64,000 nucleotides of DNA, from positions 1 to 64,000 of the IMG/VR virus record IMGVR_UViG_3300029305_003510; one strand, 5' to 3'. The stretch is from a virus (Duplodnaviria; Caudoviricetes). How positions within the stretch are numbered: the first letter of the stretch is position 1; the number at the start of each line of letters is the position of its first letter. The position numbers and the translations under genes are program-made. Below the pieces are notes generated by a model. That model searched no databases, had not been told where the DNA came from, and saw only the letters and a program-made list of their open reading frames with translations. This document shows, piece after piece, positions 57,301-64,000 of the stretch.

Positions 57301-60300
57301 CAAACCAATTACCAACCGCAGATGCGCCAGATTTAATACCTTCCCAAGCTTTTGTGGCACCTGTTGCAATAGCATTACCGGCCTTTTTAGCACCAGAAGA
57401 TATCGCATCTCCTGCTTTCTGGAAAATATTCTTACGTTCCGAGCCATCAGCATTGTACTTCTTAGCATACTCGTCGACAGTAAGAGATGCATTATTCTCT
57501 GCATTATAGGTATCCGTGGCAGTCTGAAGTTCGGCCTGCTTCTTAGCGAGTTCAGCCTTACCATCTTCATCCTGGAAGATATTGTAGACAGCCTGAACTA
57601 TCTTGTCCATGAACAAAGAAGCAGCAACGCTCAGGAATCCGCCAACACCAGGAATCAGAGAAAGTAATCCACCAAGGGTATTACAGAGACCTGCTGTTAA
57701 ACGCATACCGAGAGTTACATCCTCACCGAAAACATTAAAGTATTTACGAGCATTACCCATGCCACTTGTAAAATCAACGATAGCAAAACCGATAGCAAGA
57801 ATACCACCAGTACCAAAAGCGGCAATTTGCTTAATCGTAGACTTCAGTGTTGACTTTGCACCATCCTTCAATGCCTTCTCAAGAACTTCGCCACTCAGCA
57901 TTGCAACTAGCTTGGATCCCACCTGACCAATCTTTTTAGAGAGTTTGCCAAATGCAGCTTTAACTGTCTTATTGCTCAACAAAGTATCGATCAACTTCTT
58001 AATAGCACTCTTGACAGGACCGGTATCCGTAGCAGCTTCAGCAGCTTCTTTCGCTACAGCGCCAGCTGCAGCTTTTGTACTCTTTCCTGCAGCTATACCA
58101 CCGAGCTTCTCACTCAAACCAGTCATTAGAGAACCGACCTTCTGTGAAGCTTTCGCGCCAAAGTTCATAAGACCATCTTTAACAGCAGTCACACCTTCGA
58201 CAACTTTGCCTCCAACAGCTTTAGCACCATCGGCAACAGCACTACCTCTAATCATATCAAAGAGGCCAGTAACACCAGTTTTCGCATTATCAACAACACC
58301 ACCTACAACTTGACCAATTTTAGTATTGCCAAGCCATTCGACAGCATTACCAATAGCGTTCTTAGTGCCCTGAATGCCTCTACCGATGAAACCACCAGCT
58401 CTGCTGGATCTAGTAGCACCTTCAGCAACATCATCGGGATGAATAATTCCTCGAACGAAATCTCCAACCCTACCAAGACGAGTAGCCGCTTTAGCAGTTT
58501 TTGTCCAGGTCTTAGTACCCCTACGAGTAAGAGAATGAACAGCTTTTTCAGATGCCTCGCCGGCAATCTCTTTCGCAGCATTAGAATCGGACAGCGCAGA
58601 AACGATCTGATTCGGGCTCAGCTTATTCAGACCCAATCCTCTCAAAAGATTAATTCCGAAATTTTCAAGACCCCAAGCCTTATTACCCTTATCACTGAAC
58701 ATATGGAACATGAACGGCAGACCAACAGAAGCAATACCGGACAGTAATCCACCCTTACCGAGCAGGAAGTCCAGAATTCCGTTAGAAGATTTCTCTTCAC
58801 CATCGCCTCCACCAGCTGCAACCAGTTGCCCATTTGCATTCATTTGCTGAGCTGCCATAACAGCTTCAGCTTCTTCCTGTGTCTGAGCAGACTGAATCAT
58901 TTTATCATACTCTTCTGCAGGAGTAGCAGAGGACTCTGCGGATCTATCAGCAGATAGATACTTGCGCTTCCATCTACGGAACCGATCAGCTGCTGCTCTT
59001 GCGGCATTCTTTACATGATCAAGAGGGTTTGGTTTATTCGGCCCGCCACCAGCAGAAGGTGTTCCACTTCCAGGAGCTTTAGGCGCACCAGGCGCTTGTT
59101 TGTTATCATTCGCTGCAGGAAGACCAGGAAGATTGCCAGAATCACCACTAGAGGTAGGTGCATCCTGATCAGAATCAGTACCGTTATCGGTATTGAACTT
59201 AGCGCTCTTCTCTACACCGAGGATATAGACAGGAATTGCATGATTGGATAATTTTCTGGCCATTCCGTTAATAACCGTTACATACGGGAATGGGATACGG
59301 GCATCGCCTCCGATAGCAACAGGTGTTAGACCCTTAACCTCATCAAGATATCCACCATCAATAATGAAGGAACCGATCTTCTTGATTTTGGTTTTGATCT
59401 TATCTACACCTTCACCATCTTCATCATCACCCTTACCAGTGATTTTATTCCAAACCCATTTAACTCCTTTTCCTACACCCTTAGCCGCAAACTTGATACC
59501 CTTGCCTATTCCCTTTCCGACAAACTTCATGCCATCCCAGGCAAGTTTCGCAACATCGGGAGCGATAGCTGCTGCAGTCTCAACAAGACCTCGCACAACG
59601 GAAGAAATACCAAGTATACCATCTTTTAGTACACCAGTAAGTGTACCAAGGATATCACCAAGCGCTTTACCGATACCTTCACCGGCAGCTTTTATCGTTT
59701 TGCCTACACCGACAAGGATTTCTCCAACACCTTGTGCAGCACCCTTCAAAAGTTCGCCGATTGCAGAACCAATCGTCTTAGTAATGCTCCACATGGTTTT
59801 CGCAGCGCCAACAACGCCATCCTTCAACGCTCCAACAGCTTTTCCAAGCAAACGGAACGGATGCATGACAGTATCGATAACTTTACCGACACGTTCTTTG
59901 ACACCACTGAAAACATCGCTTACGGTTTCGGCTACACGATCATAGATCTTACCGAAAATAGTCCGACGCTTCTTTACCTTCTTACTACCTTCCATCTCCT
60001 CGGGAAGTTCTTCATCAGAAAGCTTTCCAAACTTCTTATCGAGAAGTGTTTTGATATAGGCAATATTCCAACCAGTACCACCAAGCTGGCCCTTAATCTC
60101 ACTATAGATCTTGGGGATATCTTTGGTATGCTTGGAGATTGTCTCAAGATATTCATTATCAGACTTCTTTGCTTTGTGTCGTTTAGTAGGAGCTTCCCTA
60201 TCAGCTTTCGCTTTAGATTCACGATCAGCTTTTATCTTTTCAGATTCAGCCTTATCTCTATCTCTTTGAGCAGCTTTATCAGCGCGCTCTTTATCACGCA

Positions 60301-63300
60301 ACTTCTTTCGTTCAGACTGACTATCTCTCTTTTTCTGCTCCTTAGGATCCTCTACAGACTTCCAGTCAGCATCCACATAACTAGGATCTGTATCCGGCAC
60401 CCACTGTCCACCAGGAATGAATCGACCATTCGCATCTCTGTTCTGGACATACTTCATTCCAGCATAAGGATCAGTAGCAGTATTGTCTGTAGATGCATCA
60501 GGAGCTTGTTCGGCTCCAGGTGCAGGTTTAGACCCACCTTTAATCTTATTCCAAGTATCACGGAAGGTTTGTTTCAGTCTCCCGCCGAGTCCTCGACTCT
60601 GTTGTTTCGCTTCTTCCTCAGACGGAGGCTTTTTTCCGAAAAACTGTCCAAAGAATCCACGAACAGTGCCTGTCATATGACCAATAGTCTCTTTCGCTTC
60701 ATTAATCTTCTGCTCTCGTTCAAGTCGAGCCTGTTCTTTCTTATCAGCGCGAGCTTTCTCTTTGCGCTCTTCCGGGGTTTCACCGCCAACCTTACCAGTA
60801 ACAATAAACTCCAATGCTTTAAACGGCGCAGAGATAATATTACCGATAGCCTTACCAATAGCGCTAAAGATTTTGTTAGTTGCATTCTCAAGAGGAGTAA
60901 TTACTTTCTCTTTAAAGAACTCACCAAGAGGCTTACCAACATGTTTCTCAAAAACATTATCGAAGCTCTCTTTAATCTTATCGCCAATATTATGGAAAGA
61001 CTCTTTGATTCGTTCTCCCGCTTCATGCATTTGCTCCTTCAAAGGCTCAATGGAACGGGAAAACGGGCCGACTACATTCTTATCAAACCATTCTCCAACA
61101 GATTTACCCATCTGGTTAATCTTGTTAGACATGGGTGTAAGAATTTTATCTTTCGTAAAATCGAACGCTTTACCGAACAGACCACCTTGGCGTTTCTTGA
61201 CAGTCTTGGTAATTTTATTACCATTTTCATCAGTGGACTCTTCAGTAACATCAGCTTCCTCGCCGAAGAAGAATGAATTGATCTTCTCAGCATTCAGTGC
61301 TCCTGTAAGACCGCCTAAGAATCCGAAGATAGGACCACCGGGAATCAAAGACAGACCGGGAATAATACCGAGACTGGAAATGAGTCCCCAAGCACCAGCA
61401 CCCAGTGTAGCCCCACCAAGAGCGGCTGGGGCTCTATCTTTTATTTCCTTCTTAACCTTCTCTCTGAACTCTTTGCTGATTAAACCAGATTTAGGATCTT
61501 CGATATTACCGAACAAAAGTTCTCGCATCTGATGAGATGCAGTGGTCATTCCACCAAGTGCGCCAATAACTCCGCCAAGCAGAGGACCACCGGGTAAGAA
61601 CATACTACCAATGACACCGATAGCAGCACCTTTACCCATAGCAGGCGCATACTGTTTGAATGCATCAGTAACAGTACGATCAATAAGGCCAGACTTAGTC
61701 TGTTTCTTTCGCGTGACCTTCTTACCAGTAAGAGGATCCACCACCGGCTTCATCCGACCTGGATTCTTGGGATCTGGCATCATGACATCTTCAACATCAT
61801 CACCAAATTCACCAAACAGGAAAGACTTTAGCTTATCAGAACCAGCAACAAGACTGGCTCCACTACCAAGAACCATTCCCAGAATAGGGCCACCAGGTAA
61901 AAAGAGACTTCCGAGAAGACCCGCACCAGCGCCAATGACCATATCAGGAAAAGCTTTATTAACTTCATCTTTAACAAGCTTAAACTTCTCCCGAGAACCG
62001 TGGTCATCGCCATTAGCATCTGGACCAAAAAGCATATCAGTGAAATCATCGGTAGCTTTCTTTATCTTACCACCAATGCCGTAGTAGCCCATATAGTCCT
62101 CGCCATTCTCACCATGTACATACTTTACACCTTTACGAGGACTATCCGCAGCTTCGCCCCAGAGGAGCCTGTCGATTAAACCAGCACCTTCAGTTTTGGT
62201 TCCATCTTTAATACCGCGAACTTTACCTCGTATTTGGTTATATGCATCACTAAAACGGCCACCACTATATTCACCAGTGAAATTGCCCTCTTCGTCAAGA
62301 ACTTTATTACCGATAAACTTGGACTTAATGCGACCGCCGAATTCTTTAGCTCGATTCTTAACCGGATCCACAACTTTCTCAAAGAGTCGATTTTTAATCC
62401 TTGGGATCAAACCGGTCTCTTTATTGAAAAGAGAATCCTTTAACGGTTCACCAATGTGTTCAGCAAACCAACTTCTTGCATCCATCCAGTGCGCCTTTAC
62501 CGAAGCAGTTACAGTGCGCATAAGACTGGGTACTTCATCAGTGCTATTAAGATACGATTCCGCATCTTCACCGTAGATGATCTTAAATAAGAATGCATCA
62601 ATGGTCTCAAGCCCCTGATTCATAAGAGCGAACGGAGCTTTTGTCATTGCACCCTTTAGATTATCTAAGAAGCCCTTATCTGGACTAATTCCCAAACGCT
62701 CTTTAAACTTATCACTATGAGAAGTGATTAGTCTACGAGTAGCCTCAATCTGAGGATTGTCCGATGTCCCAGGAGCCGTATTCTTTATCTGTAATGCTTC
62801 CTGGTATGCCATAATCGTTTCGAGAGGTGTATCCTTATCAATAATAAGTTCGTCAAGAGAACGAACCTTATCAATTTCAGCCTGCCTCTTTTGTCTATCG
62901 CTACGCTCACGACGCTCACGTTCCTGACGCCGAGCAGTTGCACCATTTTCCGCTTGCACTTTTCTATCAAGACTATCACGAACAGTTTGAGCATCTTTGA
63001 GAGCTTCTGTAAGCATCGGGTTACCAGATGTGCTTACATTGCCAGTTTCATTACCGATAATGTAAGTGTATGTGATAATACCTCGGCGCAATGTTGTAAG
63101 AATATCATTTGCAATGATATTAGTAGCATTTACGCCTCCCATTGTCAAGTTCCGAGCATGTGCTTTCTTGACAATATCATCACGCTCATCTTCCGTTAAA
63201 CCATATCGACGTCTCTTAGACTCATACTCAAGACTATTTGCAGTCTCTTTATCGAGCATTCCAGAGAAGATAATACCAAGACCACTTGTAGCAAGCTCGT

Positions 63301-63991
63301 TGTTTCTTGTGGCACTCGCCCTATTACGAGCAGTTCTAGCGCTTGCAATTTCATTGGCAAGCATCATTTGCTCATGCCTGGGCATCTTTTGCAAGATAGA
63401 ACTTATCACACTAGCATAGATATCCTTATTAGGACTATCCGGCATCTGTTCGAGGAACTGCTCTCGCGTAGCGGCATTTCCTCTTGTAAATTTCCGAGGA
63501 TCAATGAAATTATTATCCTCCGCCTGCTTCTGCATCCAGAGATACATATACTGACGAAAATCTTCATCCATCTTCGGATCTTTAAATCGTACAGATTCGC
63601 CACGTCTCTGGAAATTAGAAGCGGCGCTTCCCATACGTCCAACCAGATCATTAGAGGTATGATGCTCTTTTGCATACACCTCGGTAGCTTTCATCAGCTT
63701 TCCTGTGCTATAATCATACATACTCACAGGGTCACCAGAGACTGCACTATAAATACGAGACAGCCACATAGGGATGACCTGTTCAACTGCATGTACAGTC
63801 TTATTGGTCAAAACAGCTTGACCGGTAGGATTCTTTAATGTAGTATCGATACCGTGGCGAGATCGCACATTAGAACCGAGTAGACCAAAAATAAAATCGG
63901 AGATTTTTCCTCCGCCCTCTTCAACCGGTTTAGAAAAGTTTCGACCTCTATCAGCCCATTTAGCTAAAAGTGCAGGAAAGAATGACTCCAA
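54326..63991 (-). CDS. Giant tape-measure-like virion protein with two C39-like peptidase domains and a Phage_lysozyme2-like domain (5' end outside window)
   Basis: >3200 aa of helical/Gly-rich repeats; GCGPTAAAM..HYMV..DP; ACGPTSAAM..GHF..NDP; AAGIMGCWQHESG and GIGLAQWT. Confidence 0.8.
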   Translation of the reverse strand: MESFFPALLAKWADRGRNFSKPVEEGGGKISDFIFGLLGSNVRSRHGIDTTLKNPTGQAVLTNKTVHAVEQVIPMWLSRIYSAVSGDPVSMYDYSTGKLMKATEVYAKEHHTSNDLVGRMGSAASNFQRRGESVRFKDPKMDEDFRQYMYLWMQKQAEDNNFIDPRKFTRGNAATREQFLEQMPDSPNKDIYASVISSILQKMPRHEQMMLANEIASARTARNRASATRNNELATSGLGIIFSGMLDKETANSLEYESKRRRYGLTEDERDDIVKKAHARNLTMGGVNATNIIANDILTTLRRGIITYTYIIGNETGNVSTSGNPMLTEALKDAQTVRDSLDRKVQAENGATARRQERERRERSDRQKRQAEIDKVRSLDELIIDKDTPLETIMAYQEALQIKNTAPGTSDNPQIEATRRLITSHSDKFKERLGISPDKGFLDNLKGAMTKAPFALMNQGLETIDAFLFKIIYGEDAESYLNSTDEVPSLMRTVTASVKAHWMDARSWFAEHIGEPLKDSLFNKETGLIPRIKNRLFEKVVDPVKNRAKEFGGRIKSKFIGNKVLDEEGNFTGEYSGGRFSDAYNQIRGKVRGIKDGTKTEGAGLIDRLLWGEAADSPRKGVKYVHGENGEDYMGYYGIGGKIKKATDDFTDMLFGPDANGDDHGSREKFKLVKDEVNKAFPDMVIGAGAGLLGSLFLPGGPILGMVLGSGASLVAGSDKLKSFLFGEFGDDVEDVMMPDPKNPGRMKPVVDPLTGKKVTRKKQTKSGLIDRTVTDAFKQYAPAMGKGAAIGVIGSMFLPGGPLLGGVIGALGGMTTASHQMRELLFGNIEDPKSGLISKEFREKVKKEIKDRAPAALGGATLGAGAWGLISSLGIIPGLSLIPGGPIFGFLGGLTGALNAEKINSFFFGEEADVTEESTDENGNKITKTVKKRQGGLFGKAFDFTKDKILTPMSNKINQMGKSVGEWFDKNVVGPFSRSIEPLKEQMHEAGERIKESFHNIGDKIKESFDNVFEKHVGKPLGEFFKEKVITPLENATNKIFSAIGKAIGNIISAPFKALEFIVTGKVGGETPEERKEKARADKKEQARLEREQKINEAKETIGHMTGTVRGFFGQFFGKKPPSEEEAKQQSRGLGGRLKQTFRDTWNKIKGGSKPAPGAEQAPDASTDNTATDPYAGMKYVQNRDANGRFIPGGQWVPDTDPSYVDADWKSVEDPKEQKKRDSQSERKKLRDKERADKAAQRDRDKAESEKIKADRESKAKADREAPTKRHKAKKSDNEYLETISKHTKDIPKIYSEIKGQLGGTGWNIAYIKTLLDKKFGKLSDEELPEEMEGSKKVKKRRTIFGKIYDRVAETVSDVFSGVKERVGKVIDTVMHPFRLLGKAVGALKDGVVGAAKTMWSITKTIGSAIGELLKGAAQGVGEILVGVGKTIKAAGEGIGKALGDILGTLTGVLKDGILGISSVVRGLVETAAAIAPDVAKLAWDGMKFVGKGIGKGIKFAAKGVGKGVKWVWNKITGKGDDEDGEGVDKIKTKIKKIGSFIIDGGYLDEVKGLTPVAIGGDARIPFPYVTVINGMARKLSNHAIPVYILGVEKSAKFNTDNGTDSDQDAPTSSGDSGNLPGLPAANDNKQAPGAPKAPGSGTPSAGGGPNKPNPLDHVKNAARAAADRFRRWKRKYLSADRSAESSATPAEEYDKMIQSAQTQEEAEAVMAAQQMNANGQLVAAGGGDGEEKSSNGILDFLLGKGGLLSGIASVGLPFMFHMFSDKGNKAWGLENFGINLLRGLGLNKLSPNQIVSALSDSNAAKEIAGEASEKAVHSLTRRGTKTWTKTAKAATRLGRVGDFVRGIIHPDDVAEGATRSSRAGGFIGRGIQGTKNAIGNAVEWLGNTKIGQVVGGVVDNAKTGVTGLFDMIRGSAVADGAKAVGGKVVEGVTAVKDGLMNFGAKASQKVGSLMTGLSEKLGGIAAGKSTKAAAGAVAKEAAEAATDTGPVKSAIKKLIDTLLSNKTVKAAFGKLSKKIGQVGSKLVAMLSGEVLEKALKDGAKSTLKSTIKQIAAFGTGGILAIGFAIVDFTSGMGNARKYFNVFGEDVTLGMRLTAGLCNTLGGLLSLIPGVGGFLSVAASLFMDKIVQAVYNIFQDEDGKAELAKKQAELQTATDTYNAENNASLTVDEYAKKYNADGSERKNIFQKAGDAISSGAKKAGNAIATGATKAWEGIKSGASAVGNWFGGIFGSGPGYGEWGMGVPSGVAVAQQGIISRIASAVKDKVASVTGADGNGGIIGKVTEFIKNPKQLSETIINAGFGIGQSLINMMQDIYKDKSKLPNIFGIIGEGLGSSLIADMKETEGSNASISSAMATAAVASSAAKSGDTSMWSRIKSGASGVWNKIKTGASNAWSTVKGWFGGGDGYDISEWGTGSVTPMSQRSGKWNQDSQAMAKAGCGPTAAAMVSSAYGARGSTPGEANRMSYSMGMRASDGGTNPAFFGQYAASHGYGMSEGPVNSNAMAANLRKGQPVVVMGKGGAYGKNMHYMVADRMTGKGGVGLVDPLTGSRKSTTMKGLLDNTKNAIYSYGKGGPERYGADDEATPENATDANVDTSVEYKNNFPFYLQGDSRWATKMYSSIGDSSQTMKSSACGPTSAAMILRSFGIPADPPGVADWSVAHGHRTSNNGTAWALFPALAEEYGLDIKTVPASQLVDTLASGVPILASMSKGHFTNGGHFIDLVGTRNGMILVNDPASTTRTEKVWDPSIFASEGKNFWAFTKDGKGSIDNLLPLDMSQRAMVGGTSLGGTAVVGSTTAYSSTGSSIPDVTGMDTMSALSTVFSSIGSQMDDIMTVLLGGTLSSETVDENGNTVTTGRKVGSSGGVVGGTNFSFGASAGKTDPTQHKSEIWNYLQKEGYTPEGAAGIMGCWQHESGNTSARVEGDYLSGFPGHDQVLSSNAALNDWTERLFRAYDNSDISINRGAYKGSDGNYYPGIGLAQWTGPRGYNLFKFAVDNNLDWRELSTQLKFFEHETSTSFSGLKEKLNQATSPEHGAQIGLDNFEMYSGWSSTSKGQEQLAARAQSAAQIYNTYANVDNPTTGAGPGWGRGVADMSDSHSAIMADVRRINAQFDKARDEAQTDSTVATLTEKITEAVGASSSGGAPGEYTDALQVIAASMATMVDLLTKISKNTEKTADDSTSSINSNSSLPTVQPHYPNGDKNPEDVGALTINRLTSI

Positions 63992-64000
63992 ATACTTACC

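Noticed and set aside
1-64000. CRISPR array, DGR template repeat, RT, or recombinase-flanked invertible segment
   Set aside because: No regularly spaced direct repeats, second VR copy, RT motifs or long inverted repeats were seen by eye; a computational self-alignment is needed to exclude them fully.

Overview
This is a 64 kb segment of a jumbo myophage of the AR9/PBS1-phiKZ type. The host is probably a Gram-positive Bacillota, judged from strong GGAGG Shine-Dalgarno sites and CHAP/SH3b/PG-binding lysins. It uses the standard genetic code. Virion genes include tail fibres, portal, phiKZ-type internal head proteins, baseplate/tube proteins and a >3200-aa tape-measure-like hydrolase. Other genes encode a primase, RusA resolvase, dCTP deaminase, a serine recombinase, an apparently intact polyphosphate kinase (PPK1) and a phage multisubunit RNA polymerase beta'-N subunit. 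The ADFD|GD active-site motif of that subunit is split by a 532-nt group I intron. Signals not shown by the ORF track: (i) a DGR-type variable region at the 3' end of the first tail fibre gene, whose template repeat/RT is not visible in the window, plus a structured 5' leader on the same gene; (ii) two phage promoter classes, early TATATATTAT and late RAC(A/T)-N4-TATAA with about 16 copies; (iii) a ~1 kb non-coding cluster containing tRNA-Leu(CAG), two tRNA-framed RNAs with large insertions and other structured RNAs; (iv) three -1 frame junctions, which may be recoding or indels. All calls come from reading motifs by eye; no database searches were run.
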